Assembly: GCA_964583985.1 (NCBI GenBank)
Contig: CAZOYD010000001.1
Span: 1-35,431 of the forward strand
Reading direction: 5' to 3'
DNA length: 35,431 nucleotides
DNA from: an uncultured archaeon
Lineage (GTDB): Archaea > Asgardarchaeota > Lokiarchaeia > Sigyniarchaeales > SOKP01
Position numbers and translations under genes: made by a program. Each line of letters begins with the position of its first letter. Positions within the stretch are counted from its first letter, which is position 1. Below the pieces are notes generated by a model. That model did not search any database. It was not told the origin of the DNA and was given only the letters and a program-made list of their open reading frames with translations. Of this stretch, positions 1-8,790 are shown piece by piece.

Positions 1-49
1 TTTCTTCTTCTCTTGCCCTTGAATAAATCAATTTTCCAGAAGAAACCAT
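1..49 (-). CDS. possible 5' end of a gene running off the left edge (MVSSGKLIYSRAREEE...)
   Basis: ATG at 49 on the minus strand, open to position 1. Too short to identify. Confidence 0.35.
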   Translation of the reverse strand, partial: MVSSGKLIYSRAREEE

Positions 50-271
50 GTAAAACTCTGAACTAAAATCCTACATTTGATTTCAATGCTGCATGTATTT
101 CGTGCCCATCGATCGAAAAAATGGAATAAATTTAAAGATAAGGATTTACATTCTCTTTATTTTCTCTAATTTATTTCATATTTTAAGTTATTATTCTATT
201 GTACAATATGATATTCCTTTTTATTTCATTAGAACTACTTTATTTAAGTCTATTTGATATTACATGTTATT

Positions 272-727
272 ATGACTGAAATTGCTACATTTGGTGCAGG
301 ATGTTTTTGGGGAGTCGAACAAAAGTTCGGTAAGCTAAAAGGTGTTATCGATACTGTAGTTGGATATACTGGAGGATCTACTGAAAATCCATCATATAAA
401 GATGTATGTACTAACAAAACGGGTCATGCAGAAGTGGTACAGGTTACTTTCGATCCTTCGATTGTATCATATGAAGAATTATTAGAAATTTTTTGGAATA
501 TGCATAACCCTACAACATTGAATCGTCAAGGTTGGGATGTAGGAACTCAATATAGATCAGCTGTATTTTATCATGATGAGGAACAACGATTAGCTGCGAT
601 AACTCTTAAGGAAAAGCTAGATAAATCGGGTAAATATAATAAACCAATTGTTACTGAAATAGTTCCCATATCAAAATTTACTCGTGCTGAAGAATATCAT
701 CAAAAATATCATGAAAAAAATAGTTAA
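272..727 (+). CDS. msrA: peptide-methionine (S)-S-oxide reductase
   Basis: GCFWG catalytic motif plus [14 protein letters not shown] and [11 protein letters not shown] 272 is preferred over TTG 254. Confidence 0.96.
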   Translation: MTEIATFGAGCFWGVEQKFGKLKGVIDTVVGYTGGSTENPSYKDVCTNKTGHAEVVQVTFDPSIVSYEELLEIFWNMHNPTTLNRQGWDVGTQYRSAVFYHDEEQRLAAITLKEKLDKSGKYNKPIVTEIVPISKFTRAEEYHQKYHEKNS

Positions 728-775
728 TCAATAGTCACTACCTAATCCTATTTTTCAGTAAGATTTTAGGAGAAT

Positions 776-1048
776 TTATTTCAGATTATGTAATTTTGTT
801 AACAATTTATCTCTATGTCTATCCCATACTTTATCTACAGCTTTTCTCACAGCAAATTTGACTATTTTTCTTACGCCATATCTATTCATTCTGGGACCCA
901 ACTTGCTGAATACTTTCTCAACTATGAGAGTTTTTAATAATTCCTCTAAAGAAGCATCTTTAGATATTTTATCTATGAATAATGCTAAGGCTTTCTCAGC
1001 CAAGACATCAATTTTTTTTCTTATTTCGGGCGTTAGTTGTTCATCCAT
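776..1048 (-). CDS. hypothetical helical protein (90 aa)
   Basis: Natural composition, GAGG upstream on the minus strand, fills the gap between msrA and the GMP synthase gene. Confidence 0.75.
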   Translation of the reverse strand: MDEQLTPEIRKKIDVLAEKALALFIDKISKDASLEELLKTLIVEKVFSKLGPRMNRYGVRKIVKFAVRKAVDKVWDRHRDKLLTKLHNLK

Positions 1049-1138
1049 AGTAAAACCTCAAAAATTTTACTCATCTTATGGAGTTAATCTTTATAAATGG
1101 GTCTTTTTCACAACACCTTAATAGTTGCACTTAATTAG

Positions 1139-2347
1139 ATGTCCATCTTTAAGATGTTCATGCTAAATCATAGATTAATAGATCCTCCAAGAAAACCCCA
1201 AGATTTTCTAAAATCTGCGACTGAATTTTTGCAAAGACATGCGAAAGGCAAAAAGGTATTCTGTGCTCTTTCAGGAGGCGTGGATAGCTCAGCTACTTAC
1301 ATGGTTTTAAAGGAGGCGGATATCGAGATGATTCCCGTATTTATTGATCATGGTCTCATGCGCATCATTCGAGGCGTAGAAGAGAGAGAATATATTAAAA
1401 AAGTATTTCCCGATGTAAAAGTTATTGATATTAGAGATGATTTTCTTCCTAAAATCCTTGGAGAAGAAGATGCCGAAAAAAAGAGAAAATTATTCAAAAG
1501 AGCATATTCAAATACTATAAGTAAGGTCATTAGGGAGGAAAATTGTGATTTACTCGCAGATGGTACCATTCTTCCAGATATAGAAGAGAGTTTTGGAGCT
1601 TTGATTACAGAATTAAAAGAATCGATGACTCTTGAAGAAGAAAAGGCACTCATGGAAAAAAATAAGAAAGGATTTGTAAAAAGCCAACATAATTTAGATA
1701 TTGAATATGAGGTAGAAGCAACGTTACAACCAGTAGCTAGTTTAACTAAACCAGAAATTCGAGATATTTTGAAATATTTAAATTTACCAATTGAGCACGT
1801 ATATAGAAAGGCATTCCCTGGTCCAGCACTCGCTGCAAGAATAATAGGTCCTGTATCAATGGAGAATCTTTCATATGAAAAAAAGGTACATGACATAGTT
1901 GAGTCAACAATAGAAGATTATTACATGGAAAACCATGGTAAAACAATGATCATAAATGAAAAGGGTGAACAAGAACCATTCCAAGCTTTTGCAGTAACTA
2001 CAACTGATATATTATTACGTAAAGTCACTGGAATTTTAAATGGACAGAGAACCTATGAAGTTCCTCTATCAATTAAAGGTGAATGGGATTTTGATAAGTT
2101 AACTCGTTTTGCTTCTCAGATCAAGGGATATTCCCGAGCGTTATATGAACTACATGAGAGCCACCAAGGGATATATGATACCGTAATACGATCAATTAAT
2201 AGTATTGATGCTAGAACTGCCAGTGTTACCGAGCTACCAATCAGTTTAATTGAAGAGATTAAGTACAAATTACTCGAAATCCATGATACAAAAAATATCT
2301 ATTTCGATATTACATCTAAACCTCCAGGAACCATAGAGTACGTTTAA
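1139..2347 (+). CDS. guaAB: GMP synthase ATP-pyrophosphatase subunit (subunit B)
   Basis: SGGVDS PP-loop, DHGLMR, GTILPDIEES, KSQHN, FPGPALAAR, D-ARTA and C-terminal DITSKPPGTIEYV. No glutaminase domain. Exact start uncertain. Confidence 0.88.
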   Translation: MSIFKMFMLNHRLIDPPRKPQDFLKSATEFLQRHAKGKKVFCALSGGVDSSATYMVLKEADIEMIPVFIDHGLMRIIRGVEEREYIKKVFPDVKVIDIRDDFLPKILGEEDAEKKRKLFKRAYSNTISKVIREENCDLLADGTILPDIEESFGALITELKESMTLEEEKALMEKNKKGFVKSQHNLDIEYEVEATLQPVASLTKPEIRDILKYLNLPIEHVYRKAFPGPALAARIIGPVSMENLSYEKKVHDIVESTIEDYYMENHGKTMIINEKGEQEPFQAFAVTTTDILLRKVTGILNGQRTYEVPLSIKGEWDFDKLTRFASQIKGYSRALYELHESHQGIYDTVIRSINSIDARTASVTELPISLIEEIKYKLLEIHDTKNIYFDITSKPPGTIEYV

Positions 2348-2554
2348 GTGGGTTAAACTTGTAAGAATGTTATCTAACAATTAACAGTCTTTTTTTTTCG
2401 TTATTTCTGTTTTTAAATGCCATGAAATCAATAAAACTATTTAAAAAAACTTCTAATAAGAGATCAAAATCATATCACTCAAGAGTATGATGATAAAATT
2501 TTTATATACAAATGTTATTAACAACCTTAAACAAAAAGTTGATTTGAAAATAAG

Positions 2555-3022
2555 ATGTGGAAAAACAAAGGTTATATTGTTGCATATATCGCAGGTTTTT
2601 TTGGAATTTTATCTCTTATTACTCCAATCGCATATCATGATGATTCTTTAGTAGCATCGTATATCTGGATGTGGGGTTTATATACGTGGAGATTACTTCT
2701 TGGTGACACTACTTTTAATTTTAGTGAGGATACAAACTATTTGACCTGGGGTTTGATAGCTACTTTTTTAATTTTAATAGCAACCATCTCAATTATTATA
2801 ACTGCTCGAAAAGCAGGCAAAAGAAGTCGAAATTATGGAGTCTTGTGGTTTCTGTGCGGAATATTATTTATCGCAGCTCCAATAGTTTTTTACTTCGGTC
2901 TTACATCAGATTTACCCTCTTGGCTAACTGACTTGTTCTGGGATTTTTATAGTCTTCACTTCGCGTTTATTGGATCCTTTATAGCTGGTATATTCGCTAT
3001 TTTTAGTGCTTTCATGAAATAA
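2555..3022 (+). CDS. hypothetical membrane protein (about 4 TM helices)
   Basis: Several long hydrophobic stretches, Trp-rich, followed by a T-tract at about 3084-3093. Confidence 0.8.
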   Translation: MWKNKGYIVAYIAGFFGILSLITPIAYHDDSLVASYIWMWGLYTWRLLLGDTTFNFSEDTNYLTWGLIATFLILIATISIIITARKAGKRSRNYGVLWFLCGILFIAAPIVFYFGLTSDLPSWLTDLFWDFYSLHFAFIGSFIAGIFAIFSAFMK

Positions 3023-3221
3023 AAAAATGCTCATCTAGATTTTATGATATTCAAAACCTAAAATTTGTAGTTTTTTATTACAACTTTTTTTTTTCTATAA
3101 TTTCACTGATAAATTTGAATTCTAATTTTTAGTACTCATCTTTTCGATACATTTAGAAAATTGGAATTTTAAGACTACTCTTTTTTATCGAACGATTAAC
3201 AGGTCATAAAAACTTAGTTAT

Positions 3222-3415
3222 TGATCAAATTATATTTTAGATGATCAAATTTCTATAAAAAGTCACATATTGATCATTTGAACATGACAAACTATAAAAT
3301 TTCTAAAATTTTAACCCTTGATAGTTCGTAAATGTACAAAAAACAAATACGAGTTTGATCGATTTAATTTTTTTTTTGTATGTATTACTATAACAGAAAT
3401 GTCGAAATTTGATCA
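3222..3415. promoter_or_regulatory. cluster of TGATCA palindromes (candidate operator array)
   Basis: Exact TGATCA at 3222, 3242, 3271 and 3410; TGATCG at 3356. Confidence 0.4.
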
Positions 3416-3460
3416 TATTTAAATATTCGGATCGCCTTTACGAACTTGGAGCAGAAAAAA

Positions 3461-3745
3461 ATGAATTTTTCAGAAAAAGCCGAAGAAAAAGCATTGGATA
3501 ATTTTAAAAACATCAAGAAATCAATTAAAGGATTGTTCGATGTTATCAATTTGGGAGTTTCTGAGGATTTGTATTTAAACGCTGGAAAGGAAAACATTGA
3601 AGGGTTATACCAGAATTTTCTTGAATTAATGATGAATGATTCGGGATTGCGAAAAGTTGCAAAGAAAATTCAAGACTCTCAAGTGGAAATTGATATTACC
3701 TTGGATGATTATTTAGTTGAAAATTTAGAAGAAGATCTTCAATAA
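3461..3745 (+). CDS. hypothetical acidic protein (94 aa)
   Basis: ATG 3461 follows GGAG at 3448-3451. Protein-like composition. Confidence 0.75.
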   Translation: MNFSEKAEEKALDNFKNIKKSIKGLFDVINLGVSEDLYLNAGKENIEGLYQNFLELMMNDSGLRKVAKKIQDSQVEIDITLDDYLVENLEEDLQ

Positions 3746-3810
3746 AATCATTTTATCTTTTTAAAATATTCAAATTAAAATCAGACTTCAATTCTTTTTA
3801 AGGTATTTAT

Positions 3811-3984
3811 TTATCGAAGAAAATTGGATGATTCTTTTAGTTTTATTAATTTAGTAGAGTATTCAGGACATATTTTGTAGTCTGGAAAATTACATAAATT
3901 CGGATTCTGTGGCAAAGTACAAAAATGACAGAAAGGACACGCTAATATATTTTCCGCGAGATTACTGTTGGATTCAATGGTCAT
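3811..3984 (-). CDS. small Cys-rich protein (57 aa), not in the ORF track
   Basis: MTIESNSNLAENILACPFCHFCTLPQNPNLCNFPDYKICPEYSTKLIKLKESSNFLR*; AGGT upstream on the minus strand. Confidence 0.6.
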   Translation of the reverse strand: MTIESNSNLAENILACPFCHFCTLPQNPNLCNFPDYKICPEYSTKLIKLKESSNFLR

Positions 3985-4359
3985 TATTTAAAACCTATTT
4001 TTTATCATTATTAAACTTAAAATGTAATTTTCTTTGTTCGTTATATTGATATTAACTTTCAATTGGGAATTTTAATGGAAATGACTAAGAGAATTTAATA
4101 ATTTTTTAGACATTTCTGTAGACTTGTTAGTAACTGAAATACATGACTAGTATGAGATGGATCTAATTAACTGTAAATATTGACTTTATCAGTATTTAAA
4201 CTTAAATGAATTTATTCGGTATGAGGATAAAATTTAAATAGGTATTAGTTTTTTTGATTTATTGTACTCAAATTAGCGAATTTCAAAAATTGCATCTACA
4301 ATTATAACAAATCATATTGATAAAATCAATTTAGAAAATATGGAGATATCTTACAATTT

Positions 4360-5040
4360 ATGGAATCCTATAAAAAGTGGAAGAAAAAAAGGCATTTAAG
4401 AACGATACCAGAGGACATTAAAATTAATACTTTCACTTCCAATTTCATCCCTGAAAAGGAAAATTCGGAACCTCCTATGAAAAAAAATATTATCATGACA
4501 GGATATGATAACACGGTTAAAATAATTGTATTTGGAAATTCTAAAGTAGGGAAAGCAACTTTCCTGAAAAATAATACAAAAAAAATAATTTCCCGAAGTA
4601 AAGCTAATGAAGAAATTGGCATTGAGTTTTATACTAAATCTGTTATGTTAGACAACAAAAGATACCAACTGCAAATTTGGAGTTTCAACGATATTAATAG
4701 ATTTCACTTGTTTTTTTCAACATATACAAAAGGAGCTCACGCGGGATTATTTATTTTTGATATATCTGACCTATATTCATTGGTAAACTATGAAGCTTGG
4801 ATCTCATTAGTTCGAAAAGAAGTTGAAAATACAGAGAGTTTTCCGATAATGATGATTGGTAACAAGATAGATTTGGAAGAAAATAGACAAGTTCAGTCTG
4901 AACAAGCGATACGAATAGCTAAATCAATGAATATTAATGGATATATCGAATGTTCTGCATTAACAGGAGAAAAAGTAGAAGAAATTTTTAATACTATTAT
5001 TCAAAAGATCTTCGATCTATCACATCTGATTGCGTCTTGA
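4360..5040 (+). CDS. Rab/Ras-family small GTPase-like protein with degenerate G1/G3 motifs
   Basis: KIIVFGNSKVGKAT, IGIEF, LQIWSFND, GNKID, ECSALTGEKVEEIF; about 50-aa N-terminal extension. Confidence 0.88.
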   Translation: MESYKKWKKKRHLRTIPEDIKINTFTSNFIPEKENSEPPMKKNIIMTGYDNTVKIIVFGNSKVGKATFLKNNTKKIISRSKANEEIGIEFYTKSVMLDNKRYQLQIWSFNDINRFHLFFSTYTKGAHAGLFIFDISDLYSLVNYEAWISLVRKEVENTESFPIMMIGNKIDLEENRQVQSEQAIRIAKSMNINGYIECSALTGEKVEEIFNTIIQKIFDLSHLIAS

Positions 5041-5080
5041 TAACTTATTATTCAATAAAATAGGAACAATGGTAAAAAAA

Positions 5081-5509
5081 TTACTTGATAATATCGGTAA
5101 TGAAGCATGTTTCCACGATTTTTATCCCTTGAATGCGCGAGATTTTTTCCTCTATTAATGGATTAAATTGCTCAATTGAAGAAATATCAACCTTCATTAA
5201 TAATCCACAATCTCCTGATAAACGCCATATCACGTTTATTTCTTCAATATTCCTTAATTCTGACAAGATACGCTTGATGTCTTTGAAATCTGGTTCAATT
5301 TTAATAGTTGCACTAACTTTTGGTTTCGTATCTACTTCATAATCAATTGTGAAACGCTTGATGATCCCCTCATCTCTCAATCTCTGGACCCTTCTCCTTA
5401 CCGTCGCTTCGGTTTTTTCAATACGTTCACTAATCTCATTGAATGACATTCGACTATTATTTTTTAATTCTTCCAATATTTTGAGATCAATTAAGTCCAT
5501 ATCTATCAT
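5081..5509 (-). CDS. Lrp/AsnC family transcriptional regulator
   Basis: DLIDLKILEELKNNSRMSFNEISERI...TVRRRVQRLRDEGII HTH, and a C-terminal RAM domain (LSGDCGLLMKV). Confidence 0.93.
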   Translation of the reverse strand: MIDMDLIDLKILEELKNNSRMSFNEISERIEKTEATVRRRVQRLRDEGIIKRFTIDYEVDTKPKVSATIKIEPDFKDIKRILSELRNIEEINVIWRLSGDCGLLMKVDISSIEQFNPLIEEKISRIQGIKIVETCFITDIIK

Positions 5510-5750
5510 TAAATACGGTATTTTTTATTCCGTTTTATATAAAAAGTAAAATTGTGAAATTATAATGCAGTGATTATATAAATAGTTTTTTCCATTTTGT
5601 TATTTTTCGATCAATAATTCGTACCCAAATGACCAAAAACCTAAAATTGCTGAAGGAAATTAGAAATGCCTTTCAACCTGTTAAAAAATTCTGAAAAAAT
5701 TGAGTTTTCAATTCACCTTTTACTCCAAAGGAACACTATGCAAGAAATAA

Positions 5751-6050
5751 TACACACTGATTTTATGTGATTCCCACGAGTTCTATCTCGTAATTATTAA
5801 GATTATTACACATTTTTTTATATTGATACACAAACATTTAAATACTACTTTTGTTTATTATTAATTAAAATACACAAAAAAATAAAACATTAAAAAAAAG
5901 AGTGATGAAAAAAATGAACAGATATGAAATAAAAAATGGTTTAATGGACATAGATGAGATGAAGAACAAGTTAAATTCCAATTCTTTAAAGTTAGTAAAA
6001 TTCAATTATTAATCCATTTTTTTCAATTTTTAATACACAATATAAACACA
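5751..6050 (+). promoter_or_regulatory. TACACA direct-repeat array around a TATA box
   Basis: TACACA at 5751, 5807, 5827, 5871 and 6034; AACACA at 6045; TTTAAATA at 5837-5844. Confidence 0.5.
5914..6012 (+). CDS. micro-peptide A (32 aa), not in the ORF track
   Basis: MNRYEIKNGLMDIDEMKNKLNSNSLKLVKFNY*; GAGTGA upstream; matches peptide B in register. Confidence 0.5.
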   Translation: MNRYEIKNGLMDIDEMKNKLNSNSLKLVKFNY

Positions 6051-6140
6051 CCAAGAACTGCTAATAAAAAATTAACCAAAATTAAGAAAAAACAATAATA
6101 ATATATAATCCAAATCTAAAAAAAATCGAGGAAAAAAATC

Positions 6141-6260
6141 ATGAATTATAATAAAAATATGGAGGGATGTCAAATGTCCTTAGAAAAAAAAGTAAGTTTT
6201 GAGGATGTAAAAAACAAGCTTCATGCCAAGGCTTTCATTGTTAGAGCTATTATTTATTAA
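6141..6260 (+). CDS. micro-peptide B (39 aa, or 28 aa from ATG 6174), not in the ORF track
   Basis: (MNYNKNMEGCQ)MSLEKKVSFEDVKNKLHAKAFIVRAIIY*; GAGG before 6141 and GGAGG before 6174. Confidence 0.5.
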   Translation: MNYNKNMEGCQMSLEKKVSFEDVKNKLHAKAFIVRAIIY

Positions 6261-6357
6261 AATTTTATTTTTTTATTTTTTATGGTGCCGAATAGCAAAA
6301 ATTAAATAAAAAATCAATAAAAAGAAAGGAATAAAAGATATATTAGGAGAGAAAAAA

Positions 6358-7320
6358 ATGTCTGAAGATAAGATGAATAAAACGGAAAAAGATGAATCTG
6401 AAAAAAAAGAAGATTTTGAAGAACTTGATGAAATTAAAGAAATAAGAGAAAATTACGTGAAAGAAATCAAGGAAAGGGAAAGAGAAATACAAGATAGGGT
6501 AAGTGAATTCGAAGAAAAGATACGAGAAAAAGAGAGGGAATTGAAAGAACTCGAGAATGCGATAACAGATGACTTAAGACAACTAGAAGAGAACCCTTCA
6601 GATTATTTAAAGGATTTAATAGAAGAGAGGAAAGATGAAAGGCAAGATCTCCGAGAAGAAATTCGAGAGTTAAAGGAAGAATCTCGTGAAGAGTTAATGG
6701 AAAGTAAGGAGGATCTAAGAGAACGACGTGCAGAATTAGCAGAAAAATTCAGAGAAAAGGAGAGAAAAGCACGTGCAAGAGCAAAAAAACAAGACTATAA
6801 AGCACGAAAGGCGAGAGAAAAAGTAACTCGCATAAACATTTCAGTTCCTCCCGATACGAGTGAAGAATGGAGGGAATGGTCGGAAGATTTAGGATCTTCT
6901 GTGTCCGAATTGGTTCGAAAATCGATGAAATTTGTCAAGAATAACATCGGAGATCTTCGGAAATTAGATGAATTCGGGAAAAAAATGGAACAATGGGGAG
7001 ATAATATTGAGAAAGCTGTTGAAGAATCAGGGATCGGAGATATCGGAAGCAAAGTGAAAGTAAAATCTTCTCCAGGCGAATCTATGGTAGATAAAGAAAG
7101 GATAAAAAGAAGAATTACTGGTTTAGTAAAACTTCAGAAAGGGATTCCCATAAATAAATTCGCACAGGCATTAAATAAATCTGAAGAATTTGCGGAAAAT
7201 ATCATCTATGAACTCGTTGCGGAAGGAGTAGAAGGCGAACTTGAAGAAGGCGTGTTCAAATTTTCTGGAGATGTCGAAGAGGTACTTTCCGTTCTGTTTG
7301 GGTTGTTAGATAAAATTTAG
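6358..7320 (+). CDS. coiled-coil protein with an internal ribbon-helix-helix motif and a C-terminal winged-helix/PCI-like region
   Basis: About 150-aa E/K/R-rich heptad region; RINISVP-x-SEEWREWSEDLGSSVSELVRKSM fits an RHH pattern; GIPINKFAQALNKSEEFAENIIYELV helix-turn-helix; AGGAG RBS. Confidence 0.8.
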   Translation: MSEDKMNKTEKDESEKKEDFEELDEIKEIRENYVKEIKEREREIQDRVSEFEEKIREKERELKELENAITDDLRQLEENPSDYLKDLIEERKDERQDLREEIRELKEESREELMESKEDLRERRAELAEKFREKERKARARAKKQDYKARKAREKVTRINISVPPDTSEEWREWSEDLGSSVSELVRKSMKFVKNNIGDLRKLDEFGKKMEQWGDNIEKAVEESGIGDIGSKVKVKSSPGESMVDKERIKRRITGLVKLQKGIPINKFAQALNKSEEFAENIIYELVAEGVEGELEEGVFKFSGDVEEVLSVLFGLLDKI

Positions 7321-7732
7321 TTAGTTTTTTTAAGGTTTTTACTTCTGAAAATCTTTTTCTTATAATAAGTAATAGAATATTTCCACATTCCTGATTCCTT
7401 AATAGCGACTCCCAGCAAGCTTATGATGCATATTAAAGAAGTGTCAATTATTGTGATATACTTAATTCACATCATAAAATTGTTGTATTTCGTTTTTCCC
7501 TCCGAAAACGGATCACTACTTTCACAAATTATACATGTTTGTCGACGAGTTTGCTCATAAATGTCGGTTTTTCGTTCTTCAATAATTAGATTCCGTATAT
7601 TTTGATGTTTTCAATCAATTCATTGCAGATCGATATTCGATTACCAAAAATATGATCATTACATACCACATAATCGTTCATATAATTTGAAAATGATAAT
7701 TTTCTCGTCGATAATGATTAAAAAAGTAAATA

Positions 7733-7740
7733 TTTAAATA
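7733..7740 (+). promoter_or_regulatory. TATA box upstream of the Cys-rich gene trio
   Basis: TTTAAATA preceded by an A-rich BRE-like stretch; TGATCA at 7653 and 7756. Confidence 0.45.
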
Positions 7741-7825
7741 CTAAATTATGCTAAATGATCATTAATAGAAAAATGTGAATTTTTTCCCACAACCTAAAAA
7801 ATAATACAAAAAGTGATAATAAAAA

Positions 7826-8008
7826 ATGTGTAATACTTGCTCGTGTGATAATCAAGATAGATGCTCCGTAGTAGGATGTGTTCCAGTAGGATTTTGTTGT
7901 CCTAAATGCGAGCTCTATAATGATTCATTCGACTGCATTCAATCAAAAATGCGCGTAAAAAATGTCAAACCTGAGGTTTTTGCGCATCTTGAGGTCCTGA
8001 GTGCTTAA
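7826..8008 (+). CDS. Cys-rich microprotein 1
   Basis: MCNTCSCDNQDRCSVVGCVPVGFCCPKCELYNDSFDC; paralog of the next two ORFs. Confidence 0.85.
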   Translation: MCNTCSCDNQDRCSVVGCVPVGFCCPKCELYNDSFDCIQSKMRVKNVKPEVFAHLEVLSA

Positions 8009-8024
8009 ATGAGAGGTGAAAACC

Positions 8025-8261
8025 ATGTGTAATCAATGTCAATGTAGTAATGATAAGTATGATATGTGTTCAATAGTTGGATACATGCCCATAAATTTTT
8101 GTTGTGAACAATGCATAGGATATGAGAACAGGCATTCTTGTGAGCATTATCAGTTAGTATTTTCGAAATTAGATGCCAAAAAGCATGTTATAACTAAAAA
8201 TATAGAAAATACAACTGGAAAGAAAAATGAACAAGTCACGCTAATTGTAAACAAGAGGTGA
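8025..8261 (+). CDS. Cys-rich microprotein 2
   Basis: MCNQCQCSNDKYDMCSIVGYMPINFCCEQCIGYENRHSC; SD GAGGTGA at 8013-8019 supports ATG 8025. Confidence 0.85.
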   Translation: MCNQCQCSNDKYDMCSIVGYMPINFCCEQCIGYENRHSCEHYQLVFSKLDAKKHVITKNIENTTGKKNEQVTLIVNKR

Positions 8262-8266
8262 TCTTC

Positions 8267-8554
8267 ATGTGCAATAATTGTAATTGTGATGCTTACGATC
8301 GTTGTTCGATTGTTGGTTATATGCCTGTTGGGTTTTGTTGTTCCAAGTGCGTGTTATATGAAGAGCATCACACGTGCTTGAAAACAAAATCAAAGCATGA
8401 AGTCTTGAACGAAGATGGAGAGATTAAAGAGGCAGATCGATTCCATCCAATTAGCACCACGATTGAAGATGGCTTATTAAAAGTGGTAATAAGCAAAAAT
8501 GATAAAGAAATTCCAATTGTGATTGATATTCAAAAACAATTGGATTCAAGATAG
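8267..8554 (+). CDS. Cys-rich microprotein 3
   Basis: MCNNCNCDAYDRCSIVGYMPVGFCCSKCVLYEEHHTC; SD GAGGTGA at 8255-8261 supports ATG 8267. Confidence 0.85.
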   Translation: MCNNCNCDAYDRCSIVGYMPVGFCCSKCVLYEEHHTCLKTKSKHEVLNEDGEIKEADRFHPISTTIEDGLLKVVISKNDKEIPIVIDIQKQLDSR

Positions 8555-8598
8555 TGCAATTTAATACTTAATGAAATTATGGGAGTAAATTCAAGCAT

Positions 8599-8694
8599 AA
8601 ATCTTTAGTGTGATAGTCCATTTCAATCAAAATTATGGATATCAGACTTTGGAGATATTAATATGATCTAATATATTCATAGATCCAAAGATTT
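8599..8694 (+). other. structured intergenic segment (long hairpin with alternative pairings)
   Basis: ATCTTTAG/TTGGAGAT, TGATA/TATCA, TCCAT/ATGGA; second stem GATCTA/TAGATC; alternative pairing CTTTGGA/TCCAAAG. Confidence 0.35.
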
Positions 8695-8790
8695 TTGTAG
8701 GAAATTTTATAAAAAATTTAAAAGAGTGTTAAAATTAAGAAATTAAAGGGAAAAAAAGCATAAAAAAAAGAAAAGGTAGGGAATGATATT

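Noticed and set aside
7423-7560. 45-codon plus-strand ORF in the spacer before the Cys trio
   Set aside because: No RBS, motif or paralog; compatible with chance.
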